64,000 nucleotides of DNA from Bugula neritina (GCA_964035545.1 OZ037769.1:15530633-15594632), one strand, 5' to 3'. Shown: positions 13,701 to 26,716, numbered from the stretch's first letter. Translations and numbers: made by a program. The notes: generated by a model not told the origin, from the sequence alone.

Positions 13701-14901
13701 GCCCAGTGTGCCTTGGAATACTAAAGAAAATAGTTGGATCTCTGGTAAGCTATGAAAAAGTATCATCGTGTGGAAATTAACAAATCGTTATTCAAGTAGT
13801 GCCGTGATATCTACTGAAGTCTTTAGGATTTTATCTTTACGATAATTGAATGCATTGTTACAGCTCAAATTCAGCATATTTGTAATATATTAGGTTTTCC
13901 AAACCAGTTAAGGCAGAACAAGTGTTACTATGTTCATTCAAAAGTTAAACAAACACTAGAGAATAACTCTAATACTAACTGTTGCCATTGATAGACTTGA
14001 GATTGTTATGGTTGAGATCAAGAGATCGAAGTTGGGCGAAGGCATCAAATATACCGTTGGGCAAGTAGCTGAGAATGTTGTCTGACAAATCGAGAGTTTG
14101 CAGACTGATGAGACCTTCTAACGCCGCTGACGGCAGCTCCTGTAGTTGATTTGAGTTGAGAGTGAGAGTCGTCAGCTTGGTGAGGTGTTTGAATGGAGAG
14201 GAAATGAGCTTACCGATCCTGGAAATAGAGGAGTGATTCACACCACATAATATGAGGTGTTAACTCGTGAACAGTAGATAAGACACGCCAACTCATTCAA
14301 TTCATCAATAAAATCACAGTAGATCTGTTATAATTCAGTTCATTATCAATACAACTTTCATTATATAATGCAGACAATCTTCAAGCCTAAGTTCTGAGAA
14401 AAATAGGTTATAAAATCTCTGCAACACACATAAATTTAATACAAATCCGTACTGATTGTGATTTAGCCTGAGAGTGATGAGGCTGGAAGGAAACCTTGTA
14501 GCCGACACATATCTAATGATGGCATTAGATGAGAGGTCAAGGTTGGTGAGACGTAAGCAACCGTCAACACGAGGAGGCTCCGTAATACCAGTAGAGGATA
14601 TGAGAAGTGTGGTGAGATAAGAAAGGTGTGAGAAGGCTCCATCTTCTATGACCCGGATGTTCTTGTTACGGGAGAGATTAATTGTAGCGAGTCTGGTGCC
14701 AGTTCCTGTAATAGAGACTCGTTTGACAATGCTTGCAGACGTCAAACTGATTAGAATAAAGTGGCTATGACTCATAGTTCAGAGGAACCAAGGGTCACTG
14801 CTCCTAGGACACAAATTTAAAAACATTAGACTTGGTATTTTGAGGAGTTAAAATGTTTTTTGCAAATAATGTTTGCATAGAAGTGGTGAAAGTATTTCAT
14901 G

Positions 14902-14982
<81 letters not shown>

Positions 14983-15001
14983 CAGTAGAAGCAGTAGTAG
15001 C

Positions 15002-15059
<58 letters not shown>

Positions 15060-15956
15060 TTATTGGTAGTAGCAGTATTGGTAATAATAGTAGTAGTAGA
15101 ACTAGTAGTAGTAGTAGCAGTAGCATTGGTAGTAGTAGCAGTAGTAGTGGTAGTAGTAGTAGTAGTATTAGTAGTAGTAGTAGTAGTAGTAGCGGTAGTA
15201 GTAGTAGCAGTAGTATTAGTAGTAGTACTAGTAGTAGTAGTAGTAGTAGTAGTAGTACTAGTAGTAGTACGAGTAGCATAAACTTACCGAGTACAGTGAA
15301 AGTAGTATTGGGCACTTTGTTGGAAAGACCAAGATCAGATAATTCCAGGGAAGTAAGAGTTTTGCTGTTGGCAAAATCTTGTAAGATTATCTAGAAATAA
15401 AAAAAAAAATTTGCAGAAGGACATCTCAAATAGTTGAAGGAAGACACAGTCATGACTAATTAACGTTTTGACTGCGGCTTTGTTTCTGATAAACGAGAGT
15501 TGTGTTCACCACACGATTATTTTAATCTCAAACCAAAAGACAGAAGCATTGGCCACTAAATGCTAATAAGGCCCATGCGCGCACACACACACGTGCGCAC
15601 ACACATATAAATTTACCTGCAGTGTCTTGGCTCCAATCTCCGGGTTTTGTGATAGACTGAGAGAGCCGAGAGTTTTGAAGGGAGAGAAGCTGCCGGGCTC
15701 CACATGTCTGATGGCACAGCGACTCAGGTAGAGTCGAGACAGCTGAGTGCAGGATGAGAGACTTTGGAAGTCTGTTGTGTTGATGGCATCCACAGAGGGA
15801 TTGTTGCTCAGAGTGATTCTCTAGAAATTATTTACAACTCAAGATAAAGTCCCAGAATAGTGTACATGTATTACAACATTAAATACTGCGTCACAGAGCT
15901 CTGTTATATCTATATTATAAAATAAGGCAGTATAGATTAGCTATATACCGTAATAG

Positions 15957-16007
<51 letters not shown>

Positions 16008-17696
16008 TACAAGAAAACTCAATTATACATAATTATATTATACTATATATCAACAATATAAGTACTATAAAATAATATGCATGTCATAGTCACTAGCCAC
16101 ATTGTTATATTACAGAATAAAGTCATATATTACCGCATAGCTGGGTATATCACGACAACATAAACAATATATTACAAACAGGACCAGCGTATTACCTTCA
16201 GATTGACTGCAGTTCTCCAGTCATCAGAGAAGTAGAAGGACCTGAGTTTATTGTCTCCCAGGTACAAGTACTCTAACTTCTCGTTGCTTCTCAGACTAGG
16301 CACGGCTTCTAGATGGTTCTGGGATACCTGGATGAAACACATTATTTCGTCGGTTAGTTTAACGTGTATACTATCAATGACTATACCAATCACTGCATTT
16401 AATAAGAAAACTCACGCAAATTTATAGTCACCATCCGTGTGAGAAAACGCCTGATGGAAAGGGGTTTTGTTAAATCGAGCTAAGAACTTATTTACATAAG
16501 CAATTATGACTGGATGCTCTTCCTAACATCACCTTTGTTGGAGCTTGAACCCATGACCTTGTGTTTACTAGGCAAACGCTCTAACCCCCTAGACCCTAGA
16601 TCACTGCATTTAATATTTACTACTCAATCAAAACCTTTCAACTTGCTGAATCTGGCTAGATCATGTACAGTATTATTGAATTATGTGATATTGAATAGAA
16701 GTGGGGAAAGAGAAAGGATGACATAATTTTACGAGATCAACTGGAAATATTTCAGTTCAAATTGCATCAGGCTTGGGTGGAGCTAAAGCTAGAATACTTA
16801 GCTTAAGAAAGATGCGTTCCCTGTAAATTCAATATAGTAATGTTAGAAGTTTTATAGAAGGTGCTAGTAGATATATACTTACATCTAGTATAGTGAGATT
16901 AGAAGTTTTATAGAAAGTATCAGTAGATATATACTTACATCTAGTATAGTGAGATTAGAAGTTTCATAGAAGGTGCCAGTTGATATATACTTACATCTAA
17001 TATAGTGAGATTAGAAGTTTTATAGAAAGTGCTGGTTTGTAAAGCAACCAGCAGATTATCATTCAAGTATAACTCAGAAAGACTGTAACAATCCGCAAAT
17101 GCATCGCCAACAGTATTTATTTTGTTATGAGAAATGTCCAACTTCTGTAGCCTCGATAGGGTGGCGAATGCATCATCCTGGAACAGTAACGGATAATATA
17201 CGTCTGCAATAATATTGAGCTAACAACTTTACGTCTGCAACATGGCTGTAACATAAAAATACGTCTGCAAATCACTTCTGCTGAAGCTTTCCAATTTAGT
17301 GTTTAATACACCAATACAGAATAAGGTAACAAAATACACCAATAGGAAACCTTGTAACAAAATACACAGATATAATAAAGTATCAAAGAAGGGGATTGGT
17401 TGAATAGCAACTACTGGTGATTTTAAGGAAAGATTATGCATTCAAATGCATTACTAAACAACAGTAAAAATTCAGACCTCAACTTCAACTATTTGATTGC
17501 TACTCAGGTCAATTCGAACTGAATTCTTAGGGAAGCTAGTAGGTATGCTATGAAGATTCTTTCCCTTGCAGTTGATGAACGTGTAATCAGAAGAACATTT
17601 GCACGGCGATGGACAACTAAAAGGCTGGGACTGACCCCCCTCCACCTTGTACACCAGTATTGCTAGGAACAGCAGGCACCATCTGTAAGTACACAT
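10763..17696 (-). CDS. Toll-like receptor (signal peptide, LRRNT, many LRRs, LRRCT, TM, TIR), ~16 coding exons
   Basis: N-terminus MCTYRWCLLFLAILV...CPSPCKC; repeated LxxLxLxxN motifs; LRRCT NPFDCTCDMRSFRDWL...CASP; TM followed by YRYRWKIRY; TIR box 1 FAAFLSHC. Approximate exons: 17478-17696, 16995-17177, ~16725-16820, 16196-16327, 15617-15821, 15288-15390, 14453-14705, ~13981-14217, 13553-13720, 13194-13347, 12943-13109, 12453-12590, 11974-12191, 11615-11754, 11273-11379, 10763-10888. Confidence 0.92.
12736..12905. repeat. ~20-bp intronic minisatellite (TACTGTATGACATCACAGGA-like)
   Basis: Tandem degenerate copies within a TLR intron. Confidence 0.9.
14904..15277. repeat. (GTA)n/(TAC)n trinucleotide microsatellite in a TLR intron
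   Basis: About 370 bp of imperfect GTA repeat; source of the poly-L/V/S spurious ORFs. Confidence 0.97.
15958..16007. repeat. (TA)n microsatellite
   Basis: TA run in a TLR intron. Confidence 0.9.
16389..16615 (-). mobile_element. tRNA-Thr(AGT)-derived SINE-like insertion with 16-bp target site duplication
   Basis: Direct repeat ATCACTGCATTTAATA at 16389-16404 and 16600-16615. The minus-strand head reads ...GGTTAGAGCGTTTGCC-TAGTAAA-CACAAGGTCATGG-GTTCAAGC..., i.e. D-arm remnant, AGT anticodon loop and box B, followed by ~125 bp of non-tRNA body. Confidence 0.75.
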
Positions 17697-19522
17697 GCAC
17701 TCGACACCTTTGAAATTGATAACAAAAAGAAATATGTTTGTTTAGTAGATAATAGCAGAATATACAAAATTTATAAGAATAAAACATAATTTAGAACAAT
17801 TCTAAGCAAATTTGACATAGTTTGAGAAGCCAATAGTGTATTACTACAATAAATCGTTACTAGTATAAATTGGTGAAAGTTTCTAGTTTGATGATGCTAT
17901 AAACTGTAGTAGCCCCTGCATACTAGTGTTTTACAATACAGCTGGAAAGTCTGGAAGTATTTTATTCTTAATTTGACACGCATGCAATAATACTTTAAAC
18001 CTGGATCTAGCAAATGTACATCAGTACTACCCTTATGTCTCACATAGAATGGAGACTAAAAAATGTTGATGAAAAGAGTAAACAGAGAATAACAACTCAA
18101 ACTGCCATCATGCAGAAGTAACCATAACCCAGAAGAACAGTTCAACTTGCTACATGCTATAGCCTTAATTCCAACAATTCATTAGAATATATTTAACTTT
18201 ATTGCAAACACATTCACTAAAATCTAAACATGTTTAAACAGTTTTGAAACAGAAGAAAGTTTTAGCAGTTTAAATGCCAAAAAATAATCTTGAAGTGGGC
18301 CATTTCGTTAAAGTTCATCTACATTCTACACTCTACAGATTGACAAAATAGTTACCATAGTAATAATCAAAACAATCATCTGCAATATATTATACACATA
18401 GAATTTTAGTTGCTCAGCCTCTTACTATAACGTATGAATGCATAAAATTAATCCTATATAATTTTTTGTTGACCGATTATCTAAACTACTTGTTAAATAA
18501 ATATTGAGAAAGACCATTACGTATCAAAGATGTTTACAAAAAAATTCATTTACCATCAAAATAATCCACATGTGAAAAAGATAATCCAAGAACAAAATTG
18601 TAGTTGAGACAATTTACCGATTTAATTACTGCCATAATTTACACTTTATTTTTCTATGTTTGAAACTTAACAATTTGTGTTTTCTATAATGATTGGGTGT
18701 TAACTTCATCTACACAAGTGCCTGACTTGATTCGAACTGACTCAATGTGACTCACCTCAAATATACTGGCTCTGACTTGATCAGCTAACTAATTTTACAA
18801 ACTGTATAAAATCTTTAAAAATTAAGGCAAGTCAAAATTCTTCAACTAACTTTTCAAAAAAGACCAGAGAGTGAAATTAGTTAAATTAAGTCTGCACAAA
18901 AATATTGTTAAATTACGATGGTCATGGTCATGGTAAAAAAACAAAATTGTGAAGATTTATTACGAAAAAAACCATTTGAATCAAATCACACAACTGACTA
19001 TATCTGAAATGCTATTTCAGTACCTATTTAAAATATTTAATTGACATGGTATTGTTCAAGAAAGCAACTAAGTGGGTGATAAATATAAAATTCAAATTTA
19101 AAAGACAACTGAGACTAAGAATAAGATTCTGCTGTGCTGGGTGCGAGGTATATCTACTTATCTAAAGGAACTATTATAACTACTAATAGTAACAGTAATA
19201 GTACTGCTTTACGTTTGAAATTTCTATCACTATGTGAAAACAGTCGTCAATTTAAACTTTACCTGGTGGTAGTCGGTTGAAGTCTTCTTACTCTTAGATT
19301 TATAACAAAATTAATATAAATAATCATAATGATAATGGTGTTGGTCCTCCGAGAATGCAGCTGTTTGTTTTTAAATTAAAAGTTAACTTCACCCGTATAG
19401 GTGCTACTAACTCACAACTAAACTTTTATGAGATCAACATATTAAATAATCAAAAGTAATGCTATTTACCAAAGGAAGAAAATTTTTGCACATGATCGAA
19501 GGATATAATTAGCCCCAGTGGT

Positions 19523-19532
19523 GGGAATTCCC
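19523..19532. promoter_or_regulatory. Palindromic NF-kB/Rel site GGGAATTCCC between the divergent TLR and esterase-like genes
   Basis: Exact match to the kB consensus GGGRNWYYCC. It lies upstream of putative TLR 5'UTR donors (~19262, ~18755) and of the esterase-like gene. Confidence 0.55.
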
Positions 19533-19859
19533 CTAATAACACAAATCTCACTTTATGCGTAAATTATTGAGATAGGTCAAGGCCATCAAAATATTGATTG
19601 CGTTAGTTTATTTACAGCCATTTGTTGAAGACAAGAGAAGAAAACCTCGACCTGTTAAGAAAGTACGTATATAAGTTGCATATGCAAAACCCTATTTTTA
19701 ACGAAGTTACTTCTCTTGTAAAGCAATATAAAGCATCGCAGTTATGCTTACAAAATTAATCATTTTGATGGTGATTGAGTTTGCTTTAGTGAAAGTTATG
19801 CCATAATAATAACATATTCGTCTTACAATATTTTCAATTCATTTTAACCAACTTTCAAA

Positions 19860-22800
19860 ATGAAAGTTGTGGTGACGTTCCTCATCAATATAACCTTACT
19901 ACAATCATGTTATTGTTATTGGGACAAAGACAGAGAAAACACGGAAAACCCTCAGCATGACAACAACAACTGTAACTCGTATTGCCGTAATGGAATACCT
20001 AATTACATGAACTGGAAACTTGGATTAGACTTTATAGAAAATCAGGGCATTGCCCGAATTATTAAAACAACTAAATATGGTCCAGTTGAAGGTTTATCTG
20101 TACCTGGTGTTCATGACACAAGCAGCTTTGTTAACATTTTTCTTGGTATCCCTTATGCTAAACCTCCTGTAGGAATTGAAATGTTCAAGGTAGGTCAATG
20201 ACTGGAAAAGTGCCAATTATTAGTTACAACTTGTTTACAAGTTTATTAAGTAGATTTATTATTTTGGCTGCATTATAATGGTTAGAATCTTTAGTTTTAA
20301 GTATAATATGAATATTAAAATTAATATTAAATTTAATATTATACTTAGAACTAGTACTACTACTAATAATAATTTGAAATTTAAAAGTTCATATAACAAG
20401 CGTCAAAATTAAAATTTATCATCAAAATAATTATTAACAAAAATTTGAAATGGTAATCACAACTGTAGTTAAATAGATTTTTCTAACCTGTCAACACTTT
20501 ATTCTTGTCAAAGGTACTAGTAGACCCTTGTGAATTCAGATAGTTCTCTGATGTAATTCCAGTCTCAAACTCAGGCAGTGTACTATAATATAACCAATGA
20601 AAATGTAAATATATGTATGCGTATTGGTAATGTGGGTATATGTAGCAACAATGAAGTTAGAAAGAGAAGACAAAAGACTGAGACTGTCATAACTAGACCA
20701 CTAGAAGGACAATAACTTTAGCGCAGTTATATAATTATTTGAATGTTGATAACACAAGCTACCGTCAGTGCATTTACTTCAAATACAAATATGAAACTAT
20801 TACCAGAGTATTGTCTAATACCTGTTAATTGACCCTATAGGCAGCCCAACCCTACCCTGACGCATGGGAGGCGTACGACGCGACGTACTACCGACCAGCC
20901 TGCCCTCAGATTGAGGACCTCATCCAGGAGGACATCCCGGGCTTTGAGTACTCCAATGAAGACTGCCTCCATCTCAACATCTTTCAACCAAATGTAAGCT
21001 AGTGAGATATTTAGTGTAAGTTAGTACTTAGTGTAAGTTAGTACTTAGTGTAAGTTGGTGATGTACTTAGTGTAAGTTAGTACTCAGTGTAAGTTGATGA
21101 TGTACTTAGTGTAAGTTAGTACTCAGTGTAAGTTGATGATGTACTTAGTGTAAGTTAGTACTCAGTGTAAGTTAGTGATGTACTTAGTGTAAGTTAGTAC
21201 ATAGTGTAAGTTAGTGATGTACTTAATGTAAGTTAGTACTTAGTGTAAGTTAGTACTTAGTGTAAGTTAGTACTTAGTGTAAGTTAGTACTTAGTGTAAG
21301 TTGATGATGTACTTAGTGTAAGTTGATGATGTACTTAGTGTAAGTTAGTACTTAGTGTAAGTTAGTACTTAATGTAAGTTAGTACATAGTGTAAGTTAGT
21401 ACTTAGTGTAAGTTAGTACTTAGTGTAAGTTAGTACTTAGTGTAAGTTAGTACTTAGTGTAAGTTAGTACTTAGTGTAAGTTAGTGATATACTTAGTGTA
21501 AGTTATAAGGCGTCTGGTGTTGCAGAGGACAGACGAAGAGAACCTCCTCAGGACGTACCCTGTGATGGTGTTTCTACACGGAGGTGGATTCAAAAAGGGG
21601 TCGGCTGTGCAGTACCCGGGCATTGTTCTAGCTCAGCGCGATATGATAGTGGTGACCTTGAACTATAGACTGGGGCCCTACGGTGAGTATGACAGTGGTG
21701 ACTTTGAACTATAGACTGATTATGACAAACACATGCCAGAGTTTAATAGACTGAGTTCCCATGGAATGCTGTTGTAGGGTTCCTATCGACTGAAGACAGT
21801 ACCGTCCCCGGTAACATGGGCCTGACCGACCAGAGGATGGCCCTGGCTTGGGTCAAGGAGAATATCCACCATTTCCATGGCGACGCATCTCGAGTGACTC
21901 TGATTGGCCATGAAGCGGGCGCTGCCTGTGTTGGCATTCACATGCTGTCGGCGCTGTCTAGTGAGTGCCATCAGCTTAGAGATATCATGTCTTCATTACT
22001 ACAACTATTTAAGAGTTGTCTTATTTTTTTATATTGTCTGTGAACAACTTGGAGTTATCATTACTTGTTTTGTTATCTAAATCGTATTAGATGGGCTGTG
22101 TTTTACTTTACTATACAGCATAGTATAATTAATATATTATAATTAATTATTGTATAATTCATGGTATTGTAATATAATATAGTATAATGTATTATAATAG
22201 AATATTGTATGGTTCATAGTGATGTCATATAACACATTATAATATAATATGGTATAATGTACTATAATATGGTATATTGTAGCATAAGATATTATAATAT
22301 AATCTAATATAAGAAAATATAATATTATGCAATGCGATAAATTGCAATATAACATGATACAGTAATATATATTGCAATGTAATATAATATGATACCCTGA
22401 TGTCTTCTTGCCTGAATTCTTGAATTTATTTTAGTCCTATGTTTACTTTGTTTGCTATAACTAACTTGTACCACAATCTCCATGTAGGGGGCTACTTCTA
22501 TCGTGCCATTATGATGTCGGGCTCTGATCTAAGTTCCTGGGCTGTGATGGACACGCCCCAACACCCCCGGGAGTACGCCTCGCAGCTGGCCAGCGTCGTC
22601 GGCTGCAACCCCGAGCCCGGGGAGGCCATGATTCGCTGCTTGCGGAGCAGAAGTCCTCCCGACATTGTCAACGCGGCAGAAAAAGTCTCACTCAGGGTAT
22701 GCTTTCCACTAAACTGTATTACAAGTAGTACTAGTGTATGCTTCCCACTAAACTGTATTACGGGTAGTTGAAGTGTATGTTTTCCACTAAACTCTCATGG

Positions 22801-25200
22801 GATATTTTCTGCCTCAGGGAGGCCACTATGGTGAGTCGGCTGGCCCCTTTGCGCCGATAGTGGACTACTTTGATGACCAGTGGAACTGGTTGAGGAAATC
22901 TCCCAAGGAGCTGAGGAAGGACCCTAGGAATATCATGAAAGTAGACGTAATGGGAGGGTTTGCTAAGGATGAGGGAGCCTGGATCCTTCAGAAGAACTGT
23001 GAGTCATTGTCAATGTGATAAGTTGGTGAACTTTCAATGTAAACCCTTGTTAATTTGGGTTTATAAATACTATTATCGAAATAAATATTACGAGATAAAG
23101 GTTTAGCTAATTTTCAAAAGGGTTTTTTTATATAATTATAAATTTAAATATATAGTTTAATTATGATTCAGTCCGGTGGAAAACTTGTAAGAGATCTTCC
23201 TTTGCTTAATTCAAACATCTCAACTTTAATACCATTTCTTTTTATACTGAGAGTTGTATACTCTTTTGATTTGACACATTTGGGTAGATAACTCTCAACT
23301 GTGTGATGAATAGTGTCAGTATGCAGACGTATTGCAGTTTCCCACGTGTTTGCTGACATCCAGTCTGGAGTCAGCGAGTTGGAGTTCATGTCTGTCATAC
23401 ACAACGTCACCAGACGACGACGAGCTCGCGACGAAGAGCAGGTGGCAGACGCCATCAAGTTTCTCTACACGTGGTGGGTGAACCCTGACAATAGCACTGC
23501 TAGGAGGAAGATGCTGATAGATGTAAGTGTGGCGATGTAACGGCGGCATTTCTAGAGTAACTTAACTGAATGTAATTTAATTATAATTCTGTTTACTTGC
23601 AAAATGTAGTACAATGATGTCTACACTCTAGTACAATGATGTCTATTCTCTTCAGGTGTTCACAGATGAGCTCTACGCCTCTGGAGTTGACTCGGCAATG
23701 AAGTCTACAGTGAGAGCACTGCAGGACACCAACAAGAATGCCTACATGTACAAGTTTGACTATCGGTCCGAGACTGACAACAGGAGTAGTTATTGGATGG
23801 GTGAGTTATCCCCCCTGCTTAGCTCAGTATTAGTACTGAGGGTAAGGATGGGCTCGCCTGTTTTATTTATTTACCTGCCCCACCTGATAGTGTACTACGA
23901 TAATGTATCTCAGTCTAACTAAACTTAAACTCTAGTTGTGAGCTCCAAGTATACAAGGGCTACTGAGATGGTAATATTATATAACATATTTATAGGTGCG
24001 TATCACAACTATGATGTACAGTTTCTGTTCGGTTGGCCATATCTGGCTGCCAACGTAACCTACCAGAAGTTGAGCTCCATTAACATCAACAGACAGTACA
24101 ACGAGTTGGATAGAAACATTAGTAATGGTACCATGAGAATGTGGAAGGACTTTGCCATCTACGGGTGAGCTGAAAATATAACATATATTTGGAGCTATTG
24201 CAAAATATCTCTTTTATAAAGTGATATTTTCATATGAATGTAGTTAATTACAAAATTGCAATTACATGAAAATTTGTCAATTATAATTTTACAGTCAAAT
24301 AATAATGTAATTAATTACAATTATATTTTTATACATCAATTACAAATTACATTTAATTACTCGAAAAAATGTAATTACAACCAATTACAAATTACAATTA
24401 CCCTAACCCTGTGGTCTACATTGCTATGTTGGATAGTTCTTAATATTCTTCAATTATGTTTACTCAGCAAAGCAAATCTAGTGTTGGCTGAGTTGAGAGG
24501 TCAGTGTAGCATCTTTATATACCTTCTCTCTTACTGTAGAGATCAATTATGCTCATATTCTTACAGAAACCCGATTCCGGTAGAAGGAGAATCCTCCATG
24601 CCTATGAATTTCCACAACCTCACCTGGTATCCCATGAACATCAGCAACTTGACCTATTTTGAGCTGGACTACAATTCGACCAATGAGAAAGAGTATCACC
24701 AGTCACTGCTGGCCTTCTGGCAGGACTACATTTACGATATTCTCTACTTAGAGCCTTGTAAGCTAATTACGATACCTTATGATACAGTGTATTATATTGA
24801 TGTTTATTGATGAGTGGTATTGTTTGATTTCAAAGGTAGAGTATAGTTATTAGGCTAAACATCAATTAATATTATATTGATTGGTGATGCATTCTTTGTT
24901 TGATGAGTCATTTGGATATGCAGTAACTAAACCAAGGGTCAGCAACTCCTAATACGGTTGTTAAACCAAGCTATTTTCCTCTTACAAATAGTACAGTTAC
25001 AGATTTAACTGAGTCTGTTATATGTTGTAGACACGACTACACCCATCTACTCCACCACGTACAAGTACGAGCAGTACCTCATAGCCACATACTCTCTGGC
25101 AGCTCTACTCACACTGGCTCTGGTAGCCCTAGCTCTTGTATCTATTGCACTCATAAGATCTCGGGGACCGCCACCTATCCGCAAGACCGCCTACTACTGA
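19860..25200 (+). CDS. Carboxylesterase type-B / cholinesterase-like type I membrane protein, non-catalytic (neuroligin-like), ~11 exons
   Basis: Signal peptide; motifs [58 protein letters not shown] (no catalytic Ser), RAIMMSGS; C-terminal TM and short tail [14 protein letters not shown]. Approximate exons: 19860-20189, 20841-20993, 21526-21682, 21778-21961, 22489-22696, 22818-22998, ~23363-23523, 23656-23800, 23996-24164, 24567-24757, 25031-25200. Confidence 0.9.
20994..21505 (+). repeat. 17/22-bp intronic minisatellite (GTAAGTTAGTACTTAGT)
   Basis: More than 20 tandem units fill intron 2 of the esterase-like gene. Confidence 0.95.
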
Positions 25201-26164
25201 AGTGCTTGAACTATAGTACTAGAAGGCTAATCTATCCTTTCATAATAATCAAATGTGATTTCCATGTTTACCCAGGCACTAGCAAATCATAATCTTCAGT
25301 AGATTTTTATACACTTGATGTTATTTCTCAACTTTTCATTACTGCAAATACCCTCCATCCAGTTTTATAATTGAACTGTTTGTACATCCTTGTATTATTT
25401 TTCACATTCCACACCACCCACCTTTTTTATCAGGCATTTCAGGTGTATTTACATGCATACATTCCATGTTTAGATATAATATATATTTATTTTCATACTC
25501 CACAATTTTATTACTTTCTATACCAGAGGTGGGAAACTTCAGTGCACAGGGCCAAGATCAGTAGTTGGCCAAAACGAAGGGTCGTATGTTGAATTGCATT
25601 GTAAGGTAACCAAACCTACACCGTGCTAATTAGAATGCAAACTACAGCTTTTCACCATCGCCGGGAAGCCTTTCTAGACCACATTTGCAGGCACTGTAGT
25701 GAGCACACTGCTCACAGCAAGAACTATTAGCCGAACTACAATATGCAACACTGGAATTGCAACTGACGACAGAAGCAAATACCTGACACTAACGAAATTT
25801 GATGCCAGACTGGCTTATACAATGCATTTTTCTCCAATTTTATCAGTTACGAATAGGTATTATTGCATTGTATTACTGTTTCTATACAAGCATTCAAAGA
25901 AAAAGCCGAGTTCAATAGAAAATGCTGAATTAATTTTAGCATTTCATCACGTCCTGTGTACAACAAATATCACTCATCTCAATTATATACAACATAAAAT
26001 TTAATTTGTTATTTTAGCAGAATATTTATTTCAGTAAAGAACTAACAGAAAAATGTAATGAATTATTCAGGACGTTCAATCCAGTTCTGTGCAGTCGCCA
26101 ACCTCCTTAGCAATCTACAATGGATAAACAAGACATTATTATAAATCACCATTACAGTGATCTA

Positions 26165-26296
26165 AGATGTCATTTTCATTTGGTATGCACATTAGCTGAA
26201 TAATACTAACATGCGACCGTTGGAGAACAGTTGTTCTAGGACAAATATTGACTACCAAAGTACTAAGAATTGTGCCAGATAGCTTCGATATGTCCA
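26165..26296 (-). ncRNA. Box H/ACA snoRNA, target unassigned
   Basis: Hairpin closed by GGACA/TGTCC, H box AGAACA, second hairpin (GCATGTTAG/CTAATGTGC), ACA 3 nt before the predicted end; located in the last intron. Confidence 0.7.
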
Positions 26297-26480
26297 GATC
26301 GGTATATAGATGATATGTCCAGATCTTATATAGATAGAACAATTACTTCACACCTACCAATAAATAAGGAAATGTTCTCCACAGTAGTTTGCCATTATTG
26401 TGTGAGCAGCACCTGAAATACAAGGTTAAAATTGTAACAGAAATAGGAACACTAATAATTAGGAAACTTTTGTAGCAATA

Positions 26481-26546
26481 GGCTCAGAATCCTCGAAAGT
26501 AGCTCATTATATATCGTTCGCCCAAACACTTAGTTACATCACAGCC
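26481..26546 (-). ncRNA. Box C/D snoRNA, target unassigned
   Basis: GGCT-GTGATGT (variant C box)...CTGA-GCC with a terminal stem; intronic. Confidence 0.7.
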
Positions 26547-26716
26547 AAGAAGAACCAGATAGTGATAGCAGCATTAACTAACCGAAGTGAAGAATCCTCA
26601 ACACCAGGTAGAGCAGAGTTACTTGGCAGCTATAAAGTCTGGCACCTGCAAAAGGAACTGAAGTGTACGACAACTTTTGAAACTTGCTCCGGCACTATAC
26701 ACAGTAAGATACATTA

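Noticed and set aside
14848-15394. Poly-Leu, poly-Val and poly-Ser ORFs
   Set aside because: Translations of an intronic (GTA)n microsatellite; only the 15288-15390 part is a real TLR exon on the minus strand.
16531-16604. Functional tRNA-Thr gene
   Set aside because: Acceptor and anticodon stems are poorly paired, and it sits inside a TSD-flanked insert with a non-tRNA body.
24237-24412. AATTAC-rich segment ending ACCCTAACCCTG (telomere-like or hAT end)
   Set aside because: Too short for a telomeric array and the partner terminus was not found; probably a repeat remnant.
25530-25650. Possible additional H/ACA RNA downstream of the cluster
   Set aside because: Hairpins are present, but there is no well-placed H/ACA box pair and it lies beyond the host gene's poly(A) signal.
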